NCBI GenBank assembly: GCA_963727805.1
Contig: CAVSHF010000003.1
Span: forward strand, 1,344,001 to 1,408,000
Origin: an uncultured Nitrospiraceae bacterium
GTDB lineage: Bacteria; Nitrospirota; Thermodesulfovibrionia; Thermodesulfovibrionales; Dissulfurispiraceae
Direction: 5' to 3'
DNA length: 64,000 nucleotides
Part shown: positions 8,677 through 17,141 of the stretch, in pieces
How the letters are laid out: every line of letters begins with the position of its first letter
How positions within the stretch are numbered: position 1 is the stretch's first letter
Position numbers and translations under genes: made by a program
The notes under the pieces: generated by a model
Told to the model about the DNA's origin: nothing
The model's database searches: none
The model's input: the letters and a program-made list of their open reading frames with translations, nothing else

Positions 8677-10389
8677 TTATCTCAATTTGACGCTGACGAT
8701 CTCTTGCCCCTGGGTATCAAGAACATGGATGGCACACGCCATGCAAGGATCGAACGAATGGATCGTTCTCTGGATCTCCAGTGGCCTATTCGGATCGGCG
8801 ATCGGTGTTCCCATAAGGGCCTCTTCGTCCGGTCCTCTCTGTCCCTTGGTGTCTCTCGGCGATGCATTGACCCCACCGGGGACTACACACTGATAGTTAT
8901 CGATCTTCTGGTCCTTAATAACAATCCAATGGCATAGGGCTCCACGCGGGGCCTCATGATACCCATACCCTTTAGCCTCTGCCGGCCAGGTAGAGGGCTC
9001 CCACTTTTCAGTGTTGGCGGTTTTCAGGTCTCCCTTTTTCATGTTCGCCGCAAGCTCGCCGATATAATCAGGCATTTTGTCGGCAATAATCGCCGTCTCG
9101 ATACCCCTCGCAGCGGTCCTGCCGAGTGTCGAGAAAAGCGCTGCCGGTCCAACTCCCAGCTTACCCAGGACCATATCGACAGTTGCCTTGGTCTCTTTAT
9201 GCCCTGACGCATACGCAACAAGCATCCTGGCAAGAGGCCCGACTTCAACTGATGCTCCGTCATAACGGATCGCCTTGACCCAAGAATACTTCTTATCAAG
9301 ATCAAGAGACTCATATGGCGGCTTTGGTCCGGTGTAGTTAGGATCTGTCTCACCAACCCACGGATGGAGCGGTTTTGAATCACCGCCTTTATATTTATAC
9401 CAGGAACGTGATACCTCTTCCGTCATTTTCATGTGATCAACGGGAAGGACCTTGCTCAGGTCCTTATTCTTTATGTAGCCCCTCGGCAACCAGACTTTAT
9501 CAGTATTCGGCTCGTTTGCACTCTGATATTCGCCGTACGAAAGGTAATTCCCCACACCACCACCAATCGCCGCCCAGTCCTTATAGAAAGAAGCGATTGC
9601 GAGGAGGTCAGGTATGTATACCTTCGAGACAAAATCCTTCGCCTTCTGAGCGAGATCCAGCATCATTGCAATGCTACCTGCGTTCAGTGCATTCTGGCTG
9701 TTCGGATCAACCGGTGTGGCCATGCCGCCGACAACGTATGTCTGCGGATGAGGATTTTTTCCACCGAGAAGGGCATGGATCCTTATAAAGTCTTTCTGAA
9801 ACTCAAGCGCCTCAAGATAGTGTGCTACCGCCATAAGATTCGCTTCGGGCGGCAGCTTATAAGCCGGATGTCCCCAGTATCCGTTTGCGAAGATACCGAG
9901 CTGACCGCTCTCGACGAAAGTCTTCAGCTTGCCGGCAACTGACTTAAAGTAGCTGACCGATGAGTTGTTCGGCCAATCGGAAAGCGATGAAGCAAGAGCC
10001 GCAGTCTTTGCAGGGTCTGCCTTCAAAGCACTTACGACATCGACCCAGTCAAGGGCATGGAGATGATAGAAATGGATTACATGGTCCTGAATGGTCTGTG
10101 AACAGTTGATAATATTACGGATGATTCTCGCGTTGTCGGGGATTGTAATGTTGAGCGCAGCTTCAACAGCTCTCACGGAGCTGGTAGAGTGTACGGTAGT
10201 TCAAACCCCGCAGATACGGGACACGAACGTCCATGCGTCCCGCGGGTCTCTGCCTTTCAGCATGACTTCCAAGCCTCTCCACATTGTGCCTGCAACCCAG
10301 GCGTCAGCGATTTTTCCGCCTTCGACCTTGGCTTCGACACGCATATGTCCTTCTATTCGCGTCATGGGATCAACGACTATTTTAGCCAT
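8677..10389 (-). CDS. hyaB: Group 1 [NiFe]-hydrogenase large subunit, 570 aa, with an in-frame TGA at codon 63 (putative selenocysteine in the L1 motif RICGVU)
   Basis: ORFs 10201..10395 and 8677..10176 share one frame, joined by TGA (10201-10203) plus TTVHSTSS. Motifs [43 protein letters not shown] plus a 15-aa cleavable tail. SD GGGAGGA 6 nt before ATG 10389. Confidence 0.9.
10161..10189 (-). promoter_or_regulatory. Bacterial SECIS-like hairpin downstream of the in-frame UGA
   Basis: CAGCUC-CGUGA-GAGCUG perfect 6-bp apical stem (10167-10183), extendable imperfectly; loop begins 23 nt after the UGA and has G at position 2. Confidence 0.65.
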
Positions 10390-10404
10390 CCTCATTCCTC
10401 CCTA

Positions 10405-11469
10405 TTAGTCCTTATTTTTGCCTTTTGTGGCTGTCCTGATAGCTGCGTGAGCCGCTACGGCGGCCACTGCAACTGCCGCTATACCAAGGCCGATCTTGTC
10501 AGCATTGGCCATAACACCCGCGCCGGGTACCTTGGGCATTCTCTTGTAGAACGGATATGCCGCATCCCAGTTCCCCGGTGTCGAGCAGGCAATGCAGCCA
10601 TGTCCGGCCATTACCGGCCAGCTCGTACCACCGTTCCACCTGACTGTCGGACAGTTCTGATGCGACATCGGGCCCTTGCAGCCCATCTCGTAAAGACACC
10701 ATCCCTGCTTGGCTCCATCGTCTCCCCAAGCCTTCACAAACTGCCCGGCATCAAAATGCGGACGCCTCTCACAGTTGTTGTGGATCAGTTTTCCAAAAGC
10801 AAACTTCGGACGGCCATTGCTATCCAGGGCGGGTAATGCACCAAAAGTGAGGAAATGTACTACGGTGGCGGTGAAGTTCTCTACGTTCATCGGACAACCG
10901 GCGATATTGACGACTGTGCCGCCGATAGCTTCCTGAATACCAACATATCCACACGGATTCGGGGCGGCTGCGGAGAGCCCGCCGAAACAGGCGCAGTTGC
11001 CTACAGCGATATTCGCCATTGCGCCGGCCGCGACTTCCTTGAGGATAGCCATCGAGGACTTCCCGGCAACGCAGCAATAGACTCCGCCGTCCTTCGAAGA
11101 GACTGCTCCCTCATAAACAGCGATATACTGGCCCTTCTTGTTTTTCAGAATGTCCTGCAGCGATTTCTCAGCGGCTGTTCCACAAGGGGCCATGAGAGTC
11201 TCATGGTAATCAAGCGAGATGATATCAAGCACAATCTGCCCGATAGTCGGCTTTGTCGCCCTCAAGACTGATTCGGAATCACCGGTACATTCCGCAAAGT
11301 GCATCCAGACAACCGACGGTCTCTGCTTCTTTTCCAGGGCTTCGGCGATCTGAGGGACCGCGGAAGAGCTCAAACCTAAAGTCGCAGCTGTTCCAGCGCA
11401 AAACTTCAGGAAGTCCCTGCGCGACACCCCTCGTCGCGTCAGATAAGAATAAATGCTCTCGTTCTCCAT
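10405..11469 (-). CDS. hyaA: Membrane-anchored [NiFe]-hydrogenase small subunit
   Basis: Tat signal SRRDFLKFC; proximal ECTGDSES...GNC...GCP; distal H..C...CLY.MGCKGP; medial C...WP...CIAC ([3Fe-4S]); C-terminal TM anchor with His. Confidence 0.95.
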   Translation of the reverse strand: MENESIYSYLTRRGVSRRDFLKFCAGTAATLGLSSSAVPQIAEALEKKQRPSVVWMHFAECTGDSESVLRATKPTIGQIVLDIISLDYHETLMAPCGTAAEKSLQDILKNKKGQYIAVYEGAVSSKDGGVYCCVAGKSSMAILKEVAAGAMANIAVGNCACFGGLSAAAPNPCGYVGIQEAIGGTVVNIAGCPMNVENFTATVVHFLTFGALPALDSNGRPKFAFGKLIHNNCERRPHFDAGQFVKAWGDDGAKQGWCLYEMGCKGPMSHQNCPTVRWNGGTSWPVMAGHGCIACSTPGNWDAAYPFYKRMPKVPGAGVMANADKIGLGIAAVAVAAVAAHAAIRTATKGKNKD

Positions 11470-11523
11470 ACCCGTCCTCCTGTGACGAAATTTAACTCTA
11501 CAATATAGAGCTAATGGTACCAC

Positions 11524-11552
11524 ATTGTAGACGAAATGCTACGTGGTGTCAA
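11524..11552 (-). promoter_or_regulatory. sigma70 promoter of the hydrogenase operon
   Basis: TTGACA-N17-TACAAT, about 55 nt upstream of the small-subunit ATG. Confidence 0.7.
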
Positions 11553-11584
11553 GTACTGATAATTTATAGATTATTAAAATTTTT

Positions 11585-13909
11585 TTATAGATTCGCATTC
11601 CGAATAATATATGCCTGACCAAGCGAAAGACATGCGTCATTGCAGGGGATATTCTCATTCGTAAAGACGGCAAAACCGAGGGTGGATAGCTCGCGAAGAG
11701 TTCTTTCTAAGAGCATTGCATTCTGGAAGCATCCCCCGCTCAGAGCAACGCGGTCCATTCCAGTTTTTCCCCTTATGCGGCATACCATATCGACGATTAC
11801 CTTAATCATGGTAATGTGGAAACGTAACGAAATAACTCTCTGATCAATATGGCTTTTCACCTCACCGGCAATCTCGGAAATCATCTCAGAAAAATCGATG
11901 ACAGATGTCTTTCCATCATAAATACGATAGGCATAAGGGGCTGTTTGAGCGCTGTTGTCGGTATCGGGGAGCGCACTTTCGAGCGCTACGGCAGCTTCGC
12001 CTTCATAGGTGCTGGTGTGACAAATCCCAGCAAGTGCCGAGATCGCGTCGAAAAGCCTTCCCGCGCCTGAGGTGAGGGGAGAGAGAGTCCGATTATCGAT
12101 AATCTTAAGCAGCGTGTCGAGGTTGCTCCTGCTGTATCTTTCTAAATAGCCTATATCCGTAAGATACTGATAGACGTCGCGGTCGTCCGCGGCGGACTGC
12201 TTCAAATAGCTGACCGCAATCCTCCATGGCTCTTTGATAGCCTTTTCACCTCCCGGCAGTGGAACATAGCGAAAGTGGCCAACCCTTTCGAATCCTTCAA
12301 GAGAGCAGACTAGAAACTCGCTTCCCCACAAATGACCGTCAGTGCCGTAACCTGTGCCGTCAAAAGCGACGCCGATTACTTTTCCTTTAATGCCGTTCTC
12401 CGCCATAACCGCTGCAATATGGCCATGGTGATGCTGTATTCCGTATCCCTTCAAGCCTTTTTCACCAATGTGCTGTAGCGCCCATTGGGTTGACAGATAT
12501 CCGGGATGAAGATCATAGGCGACCGCGACCGGATCGGACCGGTAAACCTGCTTGAGATTTTCTAGCGACTCCTCGAAAAATTCGAGGGTCTCCAGATTCT
12601 CCATATCGCCGATGTGCTGGCTGACAATCGCCGCATTTCCCCTCGTGAGGGTGAAGGTGTTTTTCACCTCCGCACCGCAACCGAGGACATCTGGGCCTTC
12701 TTCGCCCAGCATAATCGCTTCCGGTGTGTATCCCCTCGACCGCCTGATAAAATGAGTTTTTCCATCGATAACCCTAATCACGGAGTCATCCACCCGCATA
12801 AAAATGTCCCGGTTATGAAATAAAAAAGCATCGGCGAGCCCCCCAAGCCTGTCAAGGGCATCATCATTGGCGATTACAATAGGTTCTTCGGAGAGATTTC
12901 CGCTCGTGGCGACGAGAGCCCTGAAATGGGGGAGTTCGTTGAAGCTTTGAGGCTGATTAGTCCGGCAATGAAAGAGAAGATAATGCAGCGGTGTATAAGG
13001 GAGCATAAAACCGAGAAAGCTGTTGTGAGGCGCCACAGCATCGGGAAGGCGGGATGGCTTTCTTTTGAGCAGAACGATCGGCCTGCGCATGTCGCAAAGC
13101 ATCTTTGCTTCATCGGTAGAAACATGGCAGAACTGACTGACTATGGCGACGTCAGGAGACATCACGGCAAACGGTTTATTTCTCCGTCTCTTTCTTTCTC
13201 TGAGCAACCTGACAGCTTCTGCGTTTTCGGCATCGCAACAGAGATGAAATCCTCCGAGCCCTTTTATCGCGACAATCGCACCCTGTTTCAATAATTCTAT
13301 CGCCGCGGGAATCGGTTCCCGTTCATCAACTTTGAACTTTGAACTATGAACTTTTAGGTGTACTTGAGGTCCGCATGAAGGACAAGCATTAGGCTGGGCA
13401 TGGAATCTCCGGTCCGACGGATCGTTATACTCCGCCAAACACTGAGGACACATAGGGAAAACCGACATAGTAGTATTTGGCCTGTCATAGGGAACTTTTC
13501 TGGTAATACTGTATCTCGGACCACAATTGGTGCAGTTGGTGAATGGATATTGAAAGCGCCTATCCGAAGGAGTTAATAGTTCTTTCAGGCAGTCGTCACA
13601 TATTGAAATATCCGGTGAGACATGCGTGAATCCTCCTTCGTCGATGCTCCGGAGGATTGTAAAGTCGTCATAGCCTGTGAGAGGCAGCTCTTTGATCTCT
13701 ATTGATTCGATCCTGGCAAGCGGAGGGAGATTCTCGCGGTGGGCTTTCGCAAATCCTTCGGCCTCATCGCCCTCAACCTCGATGATCACGCCCTCTGAGG
13801 TATTCGTCACATACCCCGTCAATCCCAGTTTTCGTGCAAGGTTATACACTGAGGGCCTGAAACCGACGCCCTGCACCGTTCCTTTAATCGTTATGTGAAA
13901 ATGAGCCAT
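11585..13909 (-). CDS. hypF: Carbamoyltransferase HypF
   Basis: GTVQGVGFRP acylphosphatase domain, two CxxC-x18-CxxC Zn fingers, KGLGGFHL, QHHHGH, DGTGYGTDG. Confidence 0.97.
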   Translation of the reverse strand: MAHFHITIKGTVQGVGFRPSVYNLARKLGLTGYVTNTSEGVIIEVEGDEAEGFAKAHRENLPPLARIESIEIKELPLTGYDDFTILRSIDEGGFTHVSPDISICDDCLKELLTPSDRRFQYPFTNCTNCGPRYSITRKVPYDRPNTTMSVFPMCPQCLAEYNDPSDRRFHAQPNACPSCGPQVHLKVHSSKFKVDEREPIPAAIELLKQGAIVAIKGLGGFHLCCDAENAEAVRLLRERKRRRNKPFAVMSPDVAIVSQFCHVSTDEAKMLCDMRRPIVLLKRKPSRLPDAVAPHNSFLGFMLPYTPLHYLLFHCRTNQPQSFNELPHFRALVATSGNLSEEPIVIANDDALDRLGGLADAFLFHNRDIFMRVDDSVIRVIDGKTHFIRRSRGYTPEAIMLGEEGPDVLGCGAEVKNTFTLTRGNAAIVSQHIGDMENLETLEFFEESLENLKQVYRSDPVAVAYDLHPGYLSTQWALQHIGEKGLKGYGIQHHHGHIAAVMAENGIKGKVIGVAFDGTGYGTDGHLWGSEFLVCSLEGFERVGHFRYVPLPGGEKAIKEPWRIAVSYLKQSAADDRDVYQYLTDIGYLERYSRSNLDTLLKIIDNRTLSPLTSGAGRLFDAISALAGICHTSTYEGEAAVALESALPDTDNSAQTAPYAYRIYDGKTSVIDFSEMISEIAGEVKSHIDQRVISLRFHITMIKVIVDMVCRIRGKTGMDRVALSGGCFQNAMLLERTLRELSTLGFAVFTNENIPCNDACLSLGQAYIIRNANL
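13327..13354. repeat. Degenerate 7-bp tandem repeat (4 copies) inside hypF
   Basis: caacttt gaacttt gaactat gaacttt. Confidence 0.6.
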
Positions 13910-13959
13910 AAAAACAATGCAAGAACTAACTCCTCAACTCGACTTTTGACTCCCCAATC

Positions 13960-14607
13960 CTATACTTTTTTGACAAATATTTCCTTGGCCAGTTCCGGGT
14001 CGATGGCAATAGTCGTCTCATCCATCTGGAGAACTATGGACGGCTTCCGCTGGAGCAGCCGGATGATTGTACCGGGGATAATCCCGATCGAGCTGAGACG
14101 CCCAATCCGCGATGCCTCTGAGGGCGTGATAAAAACGATCTTCCCTTCCTGCCCAACCTCGAAATTGGGTAGCCTCACAACAACCGGACGAACATCTACA
14201 CTATATTTCTTGCAGCACTCTCCGCGGGGAATCGGCTTGCCGTGCGGGCACAGAGGCGGATGGCCAAGAAAAGTGCAGACGCTATCGGTGAGTTCCTGGC
14301 TCAATATGTGCTCCATCTTGCAAGCATCTTCCTCTATCGCATTTTTGGGCAGGTCAAAGATATCGGTAAAGAGTCTTTCGGCAAGCCTATGTCTTCTGAT
14401 AAGCGCCTTTGCGAGATCGATACCCTTGTCGGTCAGGCAAATCTCGCTGTCACTGAGAACCGCGAGCCCTTCCCCCTTCAGCATTTCGACGAGCGTGTCG
14501 ACTTCAGAATCATCAGACGAAAGCTTGAATCTCTTCAGATCGCGGTGCCCCTCCTCTGCCAATACCCAGAGGAGTTCCAGCGCTTCATCTATTCTCTCTT
14601 TTTCCAT
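13960..14607 (-). CDS. DtxR/MntR-family metal-dependent regulator with a FeoA-like C-terminal domain
   Basis: LT.KG...A..LIRRHRLAERL, ACKMEH, CPHGKPIP, RL...GIIPG. Confidence 0.88.
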   Translation of the reverse strand: MEKERIDEALELLWVLAEEGHRDLKRFKLSSDDSEVDTLVEMLKGEGLAVLSDSEICLTDKGIDLAKALIRRHRLAERLFTDIFDLPKNAIEEDACKMEHILSQELTDSVCTFLGHPPLCPHGKPIPRGECCKKYSVDVRPVVVRLPNFEVGQEGKIVFITPSEASRIGRLSSIGIIPGTIIRLLQRKPSIVLQMDETTIAIDPELAKEIFVKKV

Positions 14608-14668
14608 AAAACCTCCCAAAAGCGGTTAAAAAGTAAATGGACGAATGGGCAAAAAGACTAGACACTTC

Positions 14669-15307
14669 TCATTCACTCATATAATCATTCACTATCTCTT
14701 CAAACGGCAGTGCGAGCGACATTACGGGGTAAAAGCTTTTACGGTGTATCGGACAGGGACCGTATTTCATGAGGCACTCGAGATGCTCCTTTGTTGCATA
14801 CCCTTTATGCCTGTTAAAGCCATAGCAGGGATAGGCCGCGTGGTATGCCATCATGATCCTGTCCCTGGTGACTTTAGCTATGATCGATGCCGCCCCTATG
14901 GAAGCACTTTTGGCATCGCCTTTTATGATAGGCAGCTGTCTTGTTTGGATATTCGGAATAGTGAGGGCGTCTACGAGCAAAAGTTCGGGGAGAGTTCCAA
15001 GTTCCGCAACGGCGTCAAACATTGCTTTTTTTGTCGCATTCAGTATGTTGATCCTGTCGATCTTCTCTTCGTCGACGATGCCTATACCAACCCGTCCCGA
15101 AGACAGGATGATCGCATACAGTTCTTCCCGTTCGGCCTGCGGGATTTTCTTAGAATCCCTGACACCGCTGATTTTTATGCTGCGATCCAGGATGACCGCT
15201 GCGGCCACTACGGGTCCGGCGAGGGGACCCCTACCCGCCTCATCGACCCCGGCTATTATCGAGAACTCGCCGTTTCCAGCGGATTCATCAAATTCATAGG
15301 GGTCCAT
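14669..15307 (-). CDS. rnhB: Ribonuclease HII
   Basis: GVDEAGRGPLAGPV, DSKK, AASIIAKV.RD, HKGY.T. Confidence 0.97.
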   Translation of the reverse strand: MDPYEFDESAGNGEFSIIAGVDEAGRGPLAGPVVAAAVILDRSIKISGVRDSKKIPQAEREELYAIILSSGRVGIGIVDEEKIDRINILNATKKAMFDAVAELGTLPELLLVDALTIPNIQTRQLPIIKGDAKSASIGAASIIAKVTRDRIMMAYHAAYPCYGFNRHKGYATKEHLECLMKYGPCPIHRKSFYPVMSLALPFEEIVNDYMSE

Positions 15308-15313
15308 GGGGTA

Positions 15314-15685
15314 CTATTCTTTGGTGACCTCTTTCTTAACAAACTCCCTGGCCTTTTCCTTGACCTTAGCGTCCTTCCCTTTCTTGTGCCTCAGGTAGTA
15401 GAGCTTAGCCTTGCTCACATCACCCCTTCTCAGGACCTCGATCTTGTCAATAGACGGCGAATGCACGGGAAAGATTCTCTCAACGCCGACGCCGAAAGAT
15501 ATCTTCCTAACCATGAAGGTCTCGTTGACCCCCTGTCCCTTTCTGGCGATGACGACGCCCTCGAAGGGCTGAAGTCTTTCCTTGTCGCCTTCTACAACTT
15601 TCACAAACGTCCTGACTGTGTCGCCAACGTTGAATGCCGTAACGTCCTTCCTAAACCTCTCTTCTACAGCCTTTATCAAGCTCAT
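15314..15685 (-). CDS. rplS: 50S ribosomal protein L19
   Basis: [32 protein letters not shown]. Confidence 0.97.
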   Translation of the reverse strand: MSLIKAVEERFRKDVTAFNVGDTVRTFVKVVEGDKERLQPFEGVVIARKGQGVNETFMVRKISFGVGVERIFPVHSPSIDKIEVLRRGDVSKAKLYYLRHKKGKDAKVKEKAREFVKKEVTKE

Positions 15686-16448
15686 CGTTCTCCTCCGACA
15701 ATATAATCTCTTTTCGCGAGCAAAGCTCCTGCAGCATCCTTTTATCTTCAGCGCTCAACGCGGCTGTTTTCAGCAGATCGGGTCTTTTCTCAAGAGTCCT
15801 CTTCAGGGCCTCTCTCCGTTTCCACTCCGCTATCTTCGCGTGATTGCCCGAAAGTAGAATATCAGGGACCCCATGCCCCATGAATTCCGGAGGCCTTGTA
15901 AAATGGGGATAATCAAGTATTCCCCATGAAAAAGATTCCTCTTTCGCCGACTCGTCATCCCCCAGCACCCCTGGGCAGAGCCGGACAATGCTGTCTATTA
16001 TAACCAAAGAGGCAAGTTCGCCACCAGTCATAATATAATCGCCTATCGAAATTTCTTCATCGATAAGGGTTTCCTTCACCCGCTCATCGATTCCCTCATA
16101 CCTGCCGCAGATTAGGAGCAGGCGTCGCTTCTCTTGCGAGAGTTCCTCGGCAAAAGCCTGGTTATAGGTCCTGCCCTGAGGGCTGAGAAGAATTTTTCTC
16201 CTCTCCTCCCTGTCGGATCCAATTGCATTGATGGCATTGAACATCGGCTCTATCTTCATCACCATCCCTGAGCCGCCACCGTAGGGGGAATCATCAACCG
16301 TCCGGTGCCTGTCCGTAGTATAGTCACGAAGGTCATAGACCTTCACATCAAGCAGCTTCTTCTGGACAGCCCTTTTCAGAATACTTTCGCCCAGATAGGC
16401 GTGAATGATCGACGGAAATATAGTGACTATGTCGAATCGTGTACACAT
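15651..16448 (-). CDS. trmD: tRNA (guanine37-N1)-methyltransferase
   Basis: [39 protein letters not shown]. Confidence 0.97.
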   Translation of the reverse strand: MCTRFDIVTIFPSIIHAYLGESILKRAVQKKLLDVKVYDLRDYTTDRHRTVDDSPYGGGSGMVMKIEPMFNAINAIGSDREERRKILLSPQGRTYNQAFAEELSQEKRRLLLICGRYEGIDERVKETLIDEEISIGDYIMTGGELASLVIIDSIVRLCPGVLGDDESAKEESFSWGILDYPHFTRPPEFMGHGVPDILLSGNHAKIAEWKRREALKRTLEKRPDLLKTAALSAEDKRMLQELCSRKEIILSEENDELDKGCRREV

Positions 16449-16459
16449 AATTCACGCAC

Positions 16460-16490
16460 AATAATAAGGGGCGTTCTCGACGAACGCCCC
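16460..16490 (-). terminator. Intrinsic terminator after khpA
   Basis: GGGGCGTTC-GTCGA-GAACGCCCC followed by TTATTATT. Confidence 0.65.
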
Positions 16491-16516
16491 ATTACCGTTG
16501 TCGCTTATGCTGCTCT

Positions 16517-16747
16517 CTATTCCAGGATCTCAAGGACACAGCGTTTGCCGATCTTCGTCCCCGCAGCACCGAGTATTGTCCTCATTGCGCGGGCCGTCTT
16601 GCCCTGCTTCCCGATCACCTTACCAAGATCGCTCTGGGAAACCCTGAGCTCGTAAACCGTCGTTTTTTCTCCTTCGATCTCACTGACTTTCACCTCTTCA
16701 GGCCTATCCACAAGTGCCTTTGCCATAGCCTCGATCAATGCCTTCAT
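16517..16747 (-). CDS. khpA: KH-domain RNA-binding protein (KhpA/UPF0109)
   Basis: [25 protein letters not shown]; follows rpsP. Confidence 0.93.
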   Translation of the reverse strand: MKALIEAMAKALVDRPEEVKVSEIEGEKTTVYELRVSQSDLGKVIGKQGKTARAMRTILGAAGTKIGKRCVLEILE

Positions 16748-16801
16748 GTTTCCACCTCCACAGGATTAGAGTCAATAGATTAAAGAGAGGGAATTGTTGG
16801 C

Positions 16802-17038
16802 CTACATGCCCGCCTTTTGCAGAAGGCGTTTCACTGTATCGGAGGGCTGAGCGCCCTTGCCAATCCAGTGCTTGGCACGTTCAACATCGACCTCAATCTT
16901 CGACGGTTCGACCAAGGGGTTATAAGTACCGAGGATCTCTATGAACGGTCCATCCCTTCTTGCTTTCGAATCGGCAACAATAATCCGGTAAAAAGGCCTT
17001 TTGTGCGCCCCCAGCCTTGTCAATCTAATCTTAACCAA
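16802..17038 (-). CDS. rpsP: 30S ribosomal protein S16
   Basis: [21 protein letters not shown]...[11 protein letters not shown]. Confidence 0.97.
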   Translation of the reverse strand: MVKIRLTRLGAHKRPFYRIIVADSKARRDGPFIEILGTYNPLVEPSKIEVDVERAKHWIGKGAQPSDTVKRLLQKAGM

Positions 17039-17141
17039 CTAATCACCTCCTGAACTGATTCTCGTAGTCAAAAATTGTAATATATTTGGACCAAATAATT
17101 CAAATTATCAAACGGTTCGCCGGGTTGATAATCTGTCCTGC

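Noticed and set aside
8734..8751. Classical C-terminal Sec (DPUxxC) of known [NiFeSe] hydrogenases
   Set aside because: The codons are TGC and TGT; both residues are Cys.
10201..10395. Treating the 64-aa ORF and the 499-aa ORF (8677-10176) as two genes, a frameshift or a plain pseudogene
   Set aside because: They are in the same frame with no indel. The single TGA sits exactly on a catalytic Cys and is followed by a SECIS-like hairpin. A pseudogene or sequencing error remains a formal alternative but is less parsimonious.
14645..15706. Long + strand ORFs (353 aa here; also 13895-14629, 37350-38096, 50496-51176, 62962-63624)
   Set aside because: Antisense shadows of well-conserved minus-strand genes with no recognisable motifs.
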